A stretch of DNA of 63,495 nt, filler included, from Octopus bimaculoides (GCF_001194135.2; 5 parts of 5 records of this genome joined end to end with filler, not necessarily neighbours in it), one strand, 5' to 3'. Counted from the first letter of the whole stretch, positions 48,427-61,074 are shown. Notes: a model not told the origin generated them from the sequence alone. Translations and numbers: made by a program.

Positions 48427-48703
48427 GCTGACGATGTTTATATCCACGACTATTACCAACCATCAACAAAGAAGAACGATATTGCTTTGATTTACTTGTC
48501 CAGAAAAGTGAAACTCGGACCTTTCGCGAAGCCAATATGTCTGCCGGATAAATCAATGTTAATACACTATGCCATACAAGACACCAAAGGCTTTGTGTCT
48601 GGTTGGGGCCTAACTGAACAAAAAGTTAAGGCCAGTCGCTTACTGACCACCAAAGTATCGGTCTTCAAAGACGACGATTGTCTTAGAAATATCAGGAAAG
48701 AAT
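48427..48703 (+). CDS. Factor C-like protease, exon with Asp102 (phase 0 to 1)
   Basis: TTTAG|GCT...T|GTAAG; ADDVYIHDYYQPSTKKNDIALIYL...KPICLP...GFVSGWGLTE...DDCLRNIRKE. Confidence 0.95.
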
Positions 48704-49298
48704 GTAAGTTGAGAGAATCTCGGTGAAATTTTATTTGCTTTTATGTTAGAAGCAATTAGTTAAAGAAAGAAAAAAAACACAAAACATTCGCTGTCGTATC
48801 CACCCCGACCCCATTGCCTCGCTCCTTGACTGGGCAGTGCGCTGTGTTCTTGAGCAAAATCCTTCATTTCACTTTGCTCCAAATTCCACTTTCGATCGGT
48901 GGGGAATGCAGACCTGCTCGCCTAGCCAGCAGGGTGGCGTCATGCGAAGGCTAAAAACATTGCAAATGTGCATCGTGACTAGCGATGTATAAACAACACC
49001 TGGTAGTCTGGTCGGTCACGTGGTCACGTGGATATATATATATATATATATANNNNNNNNNNNNNNNNNNNNNNNNNNNNNNNNNNNNNNNNNNNNNNNN
49101 NNNNNNNNNNNNNNNNNNNNNNNNNNNNNNNNNNNNNNNNNNNNNNNNNNNNNNNNNNNNNNNNNNNNNNNNNTACATATAATAAATAATATATAGCAGA
49201 CACACACACACATATATGTATAAGCATATATATGTACAGGACGTCACCAACGGTGCAAATAACATGAACTACGTAAACAACGAGAGAAAAAATGGCAA

Positions 49299-49348
<50 letters not shown>

Positions 49349-49574
49349 ATATATCAAAACAGGATTGGAAAAAGATTCGTATTATTTATTCACCATTAAA
49401 TGTGTTTCATTTGCTAATAGGAGTTACAAAATTGTACATGTAGGAGAAGCATGTAAGATAATTGCTATTTGAAATTTTTCAGAGATTCAATCCGCTGTTT
49501 TGATGTATAATTACTCTGTATAAAAATGTTTCCGAGAATTTTCAACTCTTAAACATACCTCACACAAATTTAAC

Positions 49575-49735
49575 AGATGCACGACGGGCTTCTTTCAGTT
49601 TCTCCCCAACCAAATCCATTCACCAAGCTCTGGTCAGCCTGGAGGTACAGTAGAAGACACTTGCCCAAGGTGCCGCATAGTAGGACTGAACCCAAGACCA
49701 CAGAGTTGGAAAGCAAGCTGCTTAACCAATAGTCA
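49575..49735 (-). mobile_element. SINE family A, 5' half
   Basis: GACGGGCTTCTTTCAGTTTC...GAAGACACTTGCCCAAGGTGCC...GCTGCTTAACC. Confidence 0.75.
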
Positions 49736-49877
49736 TGTAGAAGTTTATTCACTCGGTTGTGAATTAAAATGGAGATGCGCCACTTTGTGTCGTTTCTCCC
49801 CTAAAAAAATATAAATATAAATCTCATAGAAGTACAGGGATATAACAGACTATCATTTTTGTTTCTTTTCTGAGCAG

Positions 49878-50006
49878 TTCCCAAAATGGAAAGCGAATAT
49901 CTAGAAAAGGTATTCTGTGCGGGAACGAGACCAACCGAAAACAGGGTACTCACTGATTCGCAAAAATACGATTCCGGTGGTGGTTTGGTGTTCAGGACAT
50001 GTCGTG
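49878..50006 (+). CDS. Factor C-like protease, exon with Ser195 (phase 1 to 1)
   Basis: TTTTCTGAGCAG|TT...G|GTACGT; (F)PKMESEYLEKVFCAGTRPTENRVLTDSQKYDSGGGLVFRTCR; 129 nt, phase-compatible on both sides. Missed by the ORF track. Confidence 0.9.
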
Positions 50007-50235
50007 GTACGTATAAATAATTATTTTTCTTTGAAGTTTTTAATTAATTCATTGAGGAAAAGGCGTGAAAACATAACTTCACACCTCATTTCCCCCATCC
50101 CACATTCCAAAACCTTCTACGTTGCTAACTATATTCGAAAAATAATGTCCTTATCATCACAATCAGCAACAGCATCATTGATTTCGAATATTGGTTTCAA
50201 ATTTTGGCACAAGGCAAGTAATTTCGGTCGAGGGT

Positions 50236-50283
<48 letters not shown>

Positions 50284-51122
50284 NNNNNNNNNNNNNNNNN
50301 NNNNNNNNNNNNNNNNNNNNNNNNNNNNNNNNNNNNNNNNNNNNNNNNNNNNNNNNNNNNNNNNNNNNNNNNNNNNNNNNNNNNNNNNNNNNNNNNNNNN
50401 NNNNNNNNNNNNNNNNNNNNNNNNNNNNNNNNNNNNNNNNNNNNNNNNNNNNNNNNNNNNNNNNNNNNNNNNNNNNNNNNNNNNNNNNNNNNNNNNNNNN
50501 NNNNNNNNNNNNNNNNNNNNNNNNNNNNNNNNNNNNNNNNNNNNNNNNNNNNNNNNNNNNNNNNNNNNNNNNNNNNNNNNNNNNNNNNNNNNNNNNNNNN
50601 NNNNNNNNNNNNNNNNNNNNNNNNNNNNNNNNNNNNNNNNNNNNNNNNNNNNNNNNNNNNNNNNNNNNNNNNNNNNNNNNNNNNNNNNNNNNNNNNNNNN
50701 NNNNNNNNNNNNNNNNNNNNNNNNNNNNNNNNNNNNNNNNNNNNNNNNNNNNNNNNNNNNNNNNNNNNNNNNNNNNNNNNNNNNNNNNNNNNNNNNNNNN
50801 NNNNNNNNNNNNNNNNNNNNNNNNNNNNNNNNNNNNNNNNNNNNNNNNNNNNNNNNNNNNNNNNNNNNNNNNNNNNNNNNNNNNNNNNNNNNNNNNNNNN
50901 NNNNNNNNNNNNNNNNNNNNNNNNNNNNNNNNNNNNNNNNNNNNNNNNNNNNNNNNNNNNNNNNNNNNNNNNNNNNNNNNNNNNNNNNNNNNNNNNNNNN
51001 NNNNNNNNNNNNNNNNNNNNNNNNNNNNNNNNNNNNNNNNNNNNNNNNNNNNNNNNNNNNNNNNNNNNNNNNNNNNNNNNNNNNNNNNNNNNNNNNNNNN
51101 NNNNNNNNNNNNNAATTTGAGG

Positions 51123-51166
<44 letters not shown>

Positions 51167-51179
51167 TACTACTACTACT

Positions 51180-51383
51180 GTGATGGGGGAATTGTTAGCA
51201 TGCTGGACGAAATGCTTAGCGGTATTTCGCCCGTCGCTACGTTCTGAGGTCAAATTCCGTCGAGGTCGACTTTGCCTTTCATCCTTTCGGAGTCGATAAA
51301 TTAAGTACCAGTTACGTACTGGAGTCGATGATATCGACTACCCCTCCCGCCAAATTTCAGGCCTTGTGCCTATAGTAGAAAGG

Positions 51384-51420
<37 letters not shown>

Positions 51421-51640
51421 GCGGGACATAGTTTGCAGGACCGTTTGCATGTTGGACAAAATGCGTCATGGCATTTCGTCCGTCTTTACGTTCTGAGCTC
51501 AGATTCCCTCGCGGTTGACTTTGCTTTTCATCCTATAGAGGTCAACATAATAAGTTCCAATCAAGTACTGGGGTCGATGTAATCGCCATACAAATCCCCC
51601 CAGGTTGCTGGCATTGTGCTAAAATTTGAAACCGTTATTA
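51180..51640 (+). mobile_element. Two head-to-tail SINE family B copies
   Basis: Units at about 51180-51385 and 51420-51640, separated by (ATT)n. Confidence 0.8.
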
Positions 51641-51701
51641 TCATTTTCATTATTGCTATTATTTATTTATTTATTTATTTATTTGTTTGTTCAATTTTCA
51701 G

Positions 51702-51814
51702 ATTACGTCGAAACGTGGTATCTAGAAGGGATCGTCAACTGGGGAGTGAAGAACGGTGTCGGAGTTTACATAAGAGTGATGAACTATATCAGTTGGATAA
51801 ACAGTGTGATCTGA
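51702..51814 (+). CDS. Factor C-like protease, terminal exon
   Basis: TTTTCAG|AT...TGA; (D)YVETWYLEGIVNWGVKNGVGVYIRVMNYISWINSVI*. Confidence 0.92.
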
Positions 51815-52124
51815 GTAAAGAGAAGACTTAGAATACGAGAAAGACAGAGAGAGAGGAGGAGGAGGGGGAGGAGGAGAAGAGAAAAAGAAGTAGGAGGAAG
51901 GGGAGAGCGAGGCATAGAGAACTAGGGAGAAGGAAGAGGTGAAGAACCGAAAGAACCGAAAGAAGAGAGAAAGAAAAGAATATGTAATGAATTTATTGAA
52001 TTTCATAAACAACAGAAAAAGAAAAAAATCAAAGTTTGGAAAGAAGAAAGAAAAGTTCGTACACACATAGTACGTATATATATAAATATAAATATATACA
52101 CTCTCTCATTATCTCGTTCCCTCG

Positions 52125-52182
<58 letters not shown>

Positions 52183-53058
52183 NNNNNNNNNNNNNNNNNN
52201 NNNNNNNNNNNNNNNNNNNNNNNNNNNNNNNNNNNNNNNNNNNNNNNNNNNNNNNNNNNNNNNNNNNNNNNNNNNNNNNNNNNNNNNNNNNNNNNNNNNN
52301 NNNNNNNNNNNNNNNNNNNNNNNNNNNNNNNNNNNNNNNNNNNNNNNNNNNNNNNNNNNNNNNNNNNNNNNNNNNNNNNNNNNNNNNNNNNNNNNNNNNN
52401 NNNNNNNNNNNNNNNNNNNNNNNNNNNNNNNNNNNNNNNNNNNNNNNNNNNNNNNNNNNNNNNNNNNNNNNNNNNNNNNNNNNNNNNNNNNNNNNNNNNN
52501 NNNNNNNNNNNNNNNNNNNNNNNNNNNNNNNNNNNNNNNNNNNNNNNNNNNNNNNNNNNNNNNNNNNNNNNNNNNNNNNNNNNNNNNNNNNNNNNNNNNN
52601 NNNNNNNNNNNNNNNNNNNNNNNNNNNNNNNNNNNNNNNNNNNNNNNNNNNNNNNNNNNNNNNNNNNNNNNNNNNNNNNNNNNNNNNNNNNNNNNNNNNN
52701 NNNNNNNNNNNNNNNNNNNNNNNNNNNNNNNNNNNNNNNNNNNNNNNNNNNNNNNNNNNNNNNNNNNNNNNNNNNNNNNNNNNNNNNNNNNNNNNNNNNN
52801 NNNNNNNNNNNNNNNNNNNNNNNNNNNNNNNNNNNNNNNNNNNNNNNNNNNNNNNNNNNNNNNNNNNNNNNNNNNNNNNNNNNNNNNNNNNNNNNNNNNN
52901 NNNNNNNNNNNNNNNNNNNNNNNNNNNNNNNNNNNNNNNNNNNNNNNNNNNNNNNNNNNNNNNNNNNNNNNNNNNNNNNNNNNNNNNNNNNNNNNNNNNN
53001 NNNNNNNNNNNNNNNNNNNNNNNNNNNNNNNNNNNNNNNNNNNNNNNNNNNNNNNNNN

Positions 53059-53089
<31 letters not shown>

Positions 53090-53592
53090 TGATTAGTACC
53101 AGTTTAACGTCTGTGTTCTCTAAGAACCGACGATACTGCTCTCTTACCCGCAGGAAGACATCTTCTCCAGCTGGTTATTGAGTGCATTTTCGCACCCGAT
53201 ATTCATTGCAGGCAGGAGAGAACTCCCGCGACATTATCTCCGATATATATGCATTTATTTATCTTTACATAAATATACACACCGGTTCATATAATAGCCC
53301 TCATATTTGCTAATACATATCGTCAATGATAATAAGCTTGTTGTAACTAAAGTAACAAATTTGAACAAACATGACATCTGTATCGACTTTTAGTCATTTT
53401 CGTTCGAGATTATCCGAGAACAATCAGTCATTGGCGTAAGAAAACGGCTAACAGAACATGCACTTCTGTTTGGTCAATACAGTCCATAAGTTGATGTGGT
53501 TTTTAAGTATTAAATTGAGATGAGATATCCAGTCACGTGACAGTGTTGCAGCTGCATGAATTCAGTCAAGACGACATTTATGCTTGTCACAT

Positions 53593-53680
<88 letters not shown>

Positions 53681-53683
53681 TCC

Positions 53684-53724
<41 letters not shown>

Positions 53725-53849
53725 ACACACATATATATATATATACACATACACCGAGGGGAAGCTGGAAATTTTCTGGCTTTGAGTAAAAGAAAGTACA
53801 GGAGGATAGCTTACTTATGATTTTACCCAGTATATTCCCCTCTCAGATT

Positions 53850-54245
53850 CACACACTTATTGCAGCGGTCCTTCAGTTTTTCTACGCCCTGCAAAAGAAC
53901 ACAGAAGTTTTGGGCCTCCTTAAAGCCAGGAACGTTTCAGCACCCCTTCATAAACGTATGACCGAATGCGTACTTTTCTGCAACCCCTTACGATCTAGTA
54001 TAAACACCACCACCCTCCTATTTCACGCTTTCTGCTCCCCAAGCATACTCCGATCCCCCTCGTCGTCATGTACCCTACGCCTGCAATGCATTGGGTGACA
54101 CTTTAACGAAAGCCTTCGTTGTTAAGCTCGAGTTCTTCGGCTGCCTATCCATTCTTGTCCAACCAGCTTCTGATTTTCTCCATCCATTGCTGTTCTTTAT
54201 TTGCTCTATGGTAACTCAAATACTCGTTCATAAAACGCACACACG
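53850..54245 (-). mobile_element. Probable mariner-like remnant
   Basis: Minus strand contains GAAGGGGTGCTGAAACGTTCCTGGC, resembling mariner TIRs; no clean ORF. Weak support. Confidence 0.3.
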
Positions 54246-55665
54246 TAAAGCATTCGTAGAGAACAAAGCAAACTGGAATATATATATTTCAATTATGTCC
54301 TTTCAGCACCTTTCTTTTTTTTCTTTTTTTTTTTGTTTAGTCCGGCAGAACCGCTAATTTATGAGGACTTAAACAAACCAACAACGGTTGTCAAGCAGTG
54401 GTGAGGGACAAACAGTGAAAAACACACACATACTCACACAAACGTGTGTATATATANNNNNNNNNNNNNNNNNNNNNNNNNNNNNNNNNNNNNNNNNNNN
54501 NNNNNNNNNNNNNNNNNNNNNNNNNNNNNNNNNNNNNNNNNNNNNNNNNNNNNNNNNTATAATATAATATAATATAATTATAATATAATATAATATAATA
54601 TAATATGATATAATATAATATAATATTTATGATATTATATTTGTGTGTGTATGTATGTATGTATGCATGCATGTATGCATGTATGTTTGCGTGTATGTAT
54701 GCAAGAATGAATATATTTATTGAGGTGACGTGCTGTCAGAATCGTTGGGATTCCGGGCCAAACGCTTGGCGGCATTTTATCCGTATTTACATTTTCAGTT
54801 CAAATTTCTGTAGAGAGTCAGCTTTGCTTTTCGTTCTTTCGTGGGGAGGAAATCGATGAAATATTGCACACCACCAGGCCTTGTACTTATTGTAGAAAAA
54901 GCTTATTATTTTACATACATTGCTCCACTTTATTTTTCCAAAATAAATATTCGGATATAATTTGTTTGTTGCTTTATTTTTTTCATAAATTACAATTTTT
55001 TCTTTCAAAAATGATCTGGATTGCGAAAGAGAAGTCAATGGGACCGAATTGTATACGGATGCACTCGCAAATGCACGTACATACTCATACATCTCTATGC
55101 ATCTATATGCAGGTGTACATATGCATATACACAGTCATAGGTAGAAAAACACACGACTATCCTTCAATCAGCCTGTTTCTCTGGCTATCTCTTTATCTCT
55201 ATCTCTCTCCCTCTCTCTCTCTCACTCACACGGCCATCTGTAACGGTCATATATAACAGACATCTATAAAGACCATATATAATGATCATATGCAACATGA
55301 GTCTAAAACATAATTCTTTTGATGAGAAGTTGTATGTAAATTGTTTTTATTTTCTATTTTGAGAGATTTAAAGGTAATATTAACAAGGAAAACTCCAAAA
55401 CAAAACGACAAATCAAAAGGAAATTAAAATTAAACAACACAAAATGTGAGTGTATTAAGTAAAGCAGCATCGAAATTTTGTTTCAGTTGCTTCTTATAAT
55501 CAGAATACTCATATCAGACGACGTAGGAAACAAGTGAAAATTAAAGGAGAAATCAATGGAATGATTTTAATGAAAACTGGTACGAGTAAATACATATGCA
55601 CATCGTCTCTATACATTCCGAATAGCAACTGTAACAGGACACTTATCTCATTGATTTTGGACGAG

Positions 55666-55880
55666 TTAAGTTTTTTTCTGTTTCCCATTATGCAAATAGA
55701 AAACTAAGATAAATGCTAGAAATGAGATGAAACGACCGAAAATCATAGGGAAGAATATGACGCCTCTTAAGTTATCTAGATCATACAATTTACAAGCCCC
55801 GCGTTCATTACACTTCATATCCCAGAGGATGCACACTAAATCGATGGCACGTCCAAATACAACCGGCGCAGGAAGGAAGC
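55666..55880 (-). CDS. OATP/SLCO organic anion transporter, terminal exon
   Basis: TATCCCAG|GC...TAA; (G)FLPAPVVFGRAIDLVCILWDMKCNERGACKLYDLDNLR...HNGKQKKT* (P.P..FG..ID..C..W...C...G.C..YD OATP motif). Confidence 0.95.
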
Positions 55881-57117
55881 CTGGGATAGAAAAGTAAAAA
55901 AAAAAGAACAAAGAGGTGCATAAGAAACTTTGGTATATACAAAATAAGTAACTGTTGAAAATGAAAATAACGTTCAAATTATATAGACTGAAAGCAAAGA
56001 CTCCTGATTTGTTGGAAGCGTTTAACAGCATTACTTAATGCCATACGGTTTACATCAGTTAAATTATTTGAAATATTTCAGCAGTCATTTGAATTTACGT
56101 CGGCAAAAATACAAACTCAGAACGAACGTTAAGAATGGAACCCCTTATGGAACTGTGTACTAAGCTCCTTAGAGACATAAATCGTACAAATTGTATTACG
56201 TTGTAAGTTCTGTCGTATTCTAATGTCTCAAATGATTTAAAAACATTTAAATTCTTATTCCAAGTCAAAAAGGTATGAGGTTAACATTGTATCAGATTTA
56301 TAAAAGTTGATCTGTGTTGGTTATATTATATTTTGAAAGGATTTGCCGTCAGAACAATATTAAAAAGACTGAAGTATTAGCTGAAATTTCTTTCGCGTAA
56401 TAAAGGGTGAATTTCAACACTTACAAACTATTTAAGGAATATTTCTAGGGCTTCATACAGTTATAGAAGCAAGAAGGGCTAAGTATGGATATAGAATTAA
56501 GTTTTTTAATATTACTATTTGCCATTTTAGTATTAAAGTTCCGTGTACAACTATAATGTAATTCAACATTATTCTTATTTAAAGTTTTAGGACATCTAGA
56601 ATTTATTTCAATTCCCTTACTCTTTAGGAATGTCCAAATATTGTTAAAACTTTGTGAAAGGAAAATACACCAGATGAACTACTAGATTAACCTATACTGT
56701 CAAATCATGTATAACTTAGCAACAACACTAATCTTTAAGCCTAATTCTTCAAATATTCATGAAATTTTTCAATGAAATTATTTAACTGTCAAGTTTTTAT
56801 ATTACCTTTTATAATAAGCTCGTCATCTCGATATGGCTAATGTTATAAATTATTGGATTTATTATGTAATACATATAAAAATCTCAAGGCCTATAAGCTC
56901 ACCAGTTTCACCGGAATTTAGCCAAGCCATCGCCACTGCAAAATAGAGTAATTTCTGTACCCTCTGAGTAAAATTGAAAGGAAGTAATGATCTCCAACCA
57001 TGTATCAATATTTTAATATCGGAATCACTGACTGATAGAATATTTAGTGAGAGGAAAGTCATATTCTCCTCTTGTTGTACAGTATTCACTACAAGAGACG
57101 AGTCATATTATACTTAC

Positions 57118-57182
57118 CGCCAGCAGATAAAACCATTGAGTAGAAGCCAATTCCGAGGGCCTTATCTTTCTCACTTGGTGTT
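57118..57182 (-). CDS. OATP/SLCO exon (phase 2 to 1)
   Basis: TTTTCCAG|A...G|GTAAGT; (R)TPSEKDKALGIGFYSMVLSAG; 65 nt, phases match both neighbours. Not in the ORF track. Confidence 0.88.
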
Positions 57183-57390
57183 CTGGAAAAGTATAATGGA
57201 AAAATGTCGAGATTATTACTATTTACTTCATAATTGAAATCTTACCGCGGTCATCATTACGTTTCGTCCTACCAGAGTTAATGAAATAAATAGCAGCCGA
57301 TCGAGTCATCCACACCAATTCCGTCAAAATGCTTTTCTTTGAACGAATATTAAAAACAAATGTTGTTGTTAAAAGATTACTGAGTGAGTG

Positions 57391-57777
57391 TTGTTATTGG
57401 CACTCCGTCGCTTACGACGTCGAGGGTTCCAGTTGATCCGATCAACGGAACAGCCTGCTCGTGAAATTAACGTGCAAGTGGCTGAGCACTCCACAGACAC
57501 GTGTACCCTTAACGTAGTTCTCGGGGATATTTAGCGTGACACAGAGTGACAAGGCTGACCGTTTGAATTACAGGTACAATAGAAACAGGAAGAAAGAGTA
57601 AGAGAAAGTTGTAGCGAAAGAGTACAGCAGGGTTCGCCACCATCACCTGCCGGAGCCTCGTGGGGCTTTTAGGTGTTTTCGCTCAATAAACACTCACAAC
57701 GCCCGGTCTGGGAATCGAAACCACGATCCTATGACCGCGAGTCTGCTGCCCTAACCACTGGGCCATTGCGCCTCCAC
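57391..57777 (-). mobile_element. SINE family D, full length, in an OATP intron
   Basis: Near-identical to 13461-13851. Confidence 0.9.
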
Positions 57778-58662
57778 AGTGAGTGAGAGTAGCGTAAGAA
57801 TATATGGCTAAAATCTTTATTTAGTTCCCGCTGAAGGACTTTTGCCATCTGAAGTCGATCAAATAAGTATTAGTTAAATATTAGGGTCAATTAATTACTT
57901 TTTTATAGATAGTAACTTTGTTCACAGGTTCAAACCTTTTATGTTCTTTACTGTTCCATACATTCAGTTGATGGACAAGAAAATCTATTATTATATCTCA
58001 TAATCTTCAAAGTAGTCCATGCCTTACCAGTCATATATTATACAAGATAAGACAAGACAATATCTGACAGTGTCATAGGAACCAAATATATATCGTAAGG
58101 CATTATCGAATACCATTTGATGAAAAGTGTTGCTTGTCATTCCAAATGTGTATTACATATCCTAAGACATTATGACTTATAATAATCAATGATACATTGA
58201 TTTTCATACCGATGTATACATACATACATATATACATACATGCATGCATGCATGTATGTATGTATATATGTAGAACTTGACATATCATAAGTTGTATCGT
58301 AGGTTTTATTTTTTCGATAAACATTTATCATATAACGTACGACATTAAGATGTGTCATAAGCAACAAAGCATAGATTTTCGTAGGAACGTACATAAGACG
58401 TGTCATAAATAGAAGTGTATTAAATCTCATATGACAAAAACAGGATAATTTACAGCTTAATCACAGAAAGACGGACAACACTAGAAACATTATTACAGAT
58501 TTCTGAGCCTGCTCGAGCAAAAAAAAAACAGATTACACCAAAAATGATGTGCTATCAGCAAACCAGAGACTATCTCTCAATGTATGCAACAGTGTGAGTT
58601 CCGCTGAAGACATCTAAAGACTGGATAATGTACCATATCAATCCATTTATACACGTACTCAC

Positions 58663-58817
58663 CTTACCATTAGAAGATAACCGGGTGGAACACTGGCCAT
58701 ACCAACAATGCCAATGATAGTCATAAGTACTATAAATAGATATTTGACCGGGCAATCAATGGGACACAGACCAGCAGTTGCTGACATTCCAGGGATTCCT
58801 TTGCAGTTGCTAAAATT
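58663..58817 (-). CDS. OATP/SLCO exon (end of Kazal-like loop plus TM; phase 0 to 2)
   Basis: TTTTACAG|AAT...AG|GTGAGT; NFSNCKGIPGMSATAGLCPIDCPVKYLFIVLMTIIGIVGMASVPPGYLLMV. Confidence 0.92.
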
Positions 58818-58888
58818 CTGTAAAAGAAAAATGGAAATACAAGAAGCGGTAATGAATGTATACATATATGCACACTCAGATATAGTCG

Positions 58889-58932
<44 letters not shown>

Positions 58933-59777
58933 CCCTCTCACACATGCGCGTGCACGCACATATATAATATTGTCCGAAGTGTACAGTATTACATATCCAT
59001 TACCGTCTTACCAATCGGTTTCGCACTCGGGATTCAACGGCGTGTTAGGTAACAATCCGATTATGTAACCCTGTGTTCATCAGAAGTAGCCGTTATGGAA
59101 TGAAATATAGCGGCTGCCTCTATTCTTCGGATAATATACCCATTCTATTGACAGATATGCGAGCGCATTTTTCCTGACTTATGGATTCTTAGATTACTTA
59201 CACGCGCGCGCACACACACATCTACGTGTATATACATATATATTAAGGTCCTAAAATGGCAGAAAGACACGGTACTTTCAATGCAGTTCTCAACCCGAGC
59301 CTTTGGTTATCTACACTCTTGTAGTCTTAGGTAAGATCGAAATTGTTCCAGTATAGAATATTCAGGTGTTATATTGACAAAACGAATGTCTGAGTCTAGC
59401 GAAGAGTAATATACAATCCAAATAAGGAAACAAAGAAATACGTTGTCACATCTTTAAGTACCAGTTACAATGCTTCTGTCCAACTCTGTTTTTAAAACCA
59501 ATTCATGTTCAATATGAAGAGTTACGTAATATTTACAGTTTTAAACATTTGGGTGGCACTTCATCGGGGCTTGTGACAAAGCTGCAGCCATAAATTGTGC
59601 GGCTGCCAAACGTTGTTTTTGGTTTCAATCGGAAGTGTGTGTAGAGAGAGAGAGAGAGAGAGAGAGTGTGTGTGTGTGTGTGTGTGTGTGTAGTGAACAT
59701 ATAGAGGAATGAAGAAATAAAGATGGAAAAGGAAGAAGAAAACGGTACATTAAGATTAAAAAATGCTTTGAACTTAC

Positions 59778-59913
59778 AAAATTATTTCCTTCCATACATC
59801 CAGCATGGCAGGGTGAGAAATAATTCTGTTGATCGGAACCACATACAGGGAAATACTGGCGAATATCACAATTGCAATCATCAACTAATGCCGACATATT
59901 GGCATTTAGGGAA
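59778..59913 (-). CDS. OATP/SLCO exon (Kazal-like domain; phase 2 to 0)
   Basis: TTTCAG|T...TTT|GTAAGT; SLNANMSALVDDCNCDIRQYFPVCGSDQQNYFSPCHAGCMEGNNF (PVCG...Y.SPC.AGC signature). Confidence 0.95.
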
Positions 59914-60285
59914 CTGAAAGGAAAACAGACGATAGGTATTTTTGTTATTTTAATCTCAGTTTGTCTCTCAATGAGTTCTGTTAGGATCAAAAGTAAAGGG
60001 TAGAAAACCCCCTTTGGTCATGAATGACCATGGGATCGCACCTAGAGACACAAGTCCGAACAGGTTTGTTTATGGAAGACCAGCAGTCAGTCGCCCATGC
60101 ATGACAGTCTTCCCTCTCTCCATGCCACCGATGTTATTCAATGGAAAGGCAACGGTTGATAATTGATGATGATGATGACGACGACGACGACGACGATGAT
60201 GATGGCTACAAAAACAAAAACATCAAGGACAACGACAGCGGAAGCAGACGCAACAATAACAACAATAATAATAACAACCACTTAC

Positions 60286-60478
60286 AAATTATTCATAGGA
60301 CTGTTGTTTATGAGAGGTGCTTCACAGCGCATGCAAGATGCAATAATCTCCAGGACGATGCAAATACCATATGCAATCAGCTTCATCAAAATCATCCCTC
60401 GTTTTTCAAGTCTCAATCGAGTAATTACGAGACAGCCAAGCATTATTCCAACCAGGGATCCCAGAAGCCCGACAATAG
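60286..60478 (-). CDS. OATP/SLCO exon (two TM segments; phase 1 to 2)
   Basis: TTTACAG|CT...TT|GTAAGT; (A)IVGLLGSLVGIMLGCLVITRLRLEKRG...IIASCMRCEAPLINNSPMNN. Confidence 0.9.
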
Positions 60479-60527
60479 CTGTAAAGAGATGAATTTTAAT
60501 AATATTATGGATGTACATAAATCTGAA

Positions 60528-60730
60528 AGCTGGCAGAATCGTTAGCGCGCCGAGCAAAATGGGGCATTTCTTCCGTCTTTAAATTCTGAGTTCAAATTCT
60601 GCCGTGGTCGACTTTGCTTTTCATCCTTTCGGTTTCGATAAAATAAGTACCAGTTGAGCATTGGAGGTAGATGTAATCGACTTTCCTCTCCCGCCGAACG
60701 GGCTGGCCTTGTACCAAAATTTGAAACCAA
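60528..60730 (+). mobile_element. SINE family B
   Basis: GCTGGCAGAATCGTTAGCGCGCCG...GTCGACTTTGCTTTTCATCCTTTCGG...AAAATTTGAAACC. Confidence 0.85.
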
Positions 60731-61074
60731 TACTTTGGATGTACATAATAAACAGAACATATGTTTTTATGTGCTACTATTAGTTTTATGTCCTGAGAAC
60801 GTGCCAAACAGTGTTTTATACTATGTCTGGTGTCCTAGCACAATTATCAAACATTTTCCCATAGCATAACGAACTAAAAATGGGACGAGTGAAAAGGCGA
60901 GAAAAGAAGAGAAGGAGGTATATATAAAAGGTGGAAGGTTGAAAAAACCGGAAAACGAAAAAGAAATCAGAAAGGAGCAAAAGAGGAAAATGGAGTTATT
61001 TCCCTTAGACTGTAAATTATAAGTTAAGGGTATTCCAATAACGAAGAATAACTGCATAAAGTTGGCATATTTAC

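Noticed and set aside
49917-51299. 460-aa plus-strand ORF
   Set aside because: It spans a gap and a microsatellite; the real coding sequence here is the 49878-50006 exon in a different frame.
58987-59048. Plus-strand peptide PIGFALGIQRR resembling the OATP FALGIQ motif, with AG/GT borders
   Set aside because: Wrong strand for the OATP gene, the true exon for that region is at 57118-57182, and the match is only six residues; probably chance.
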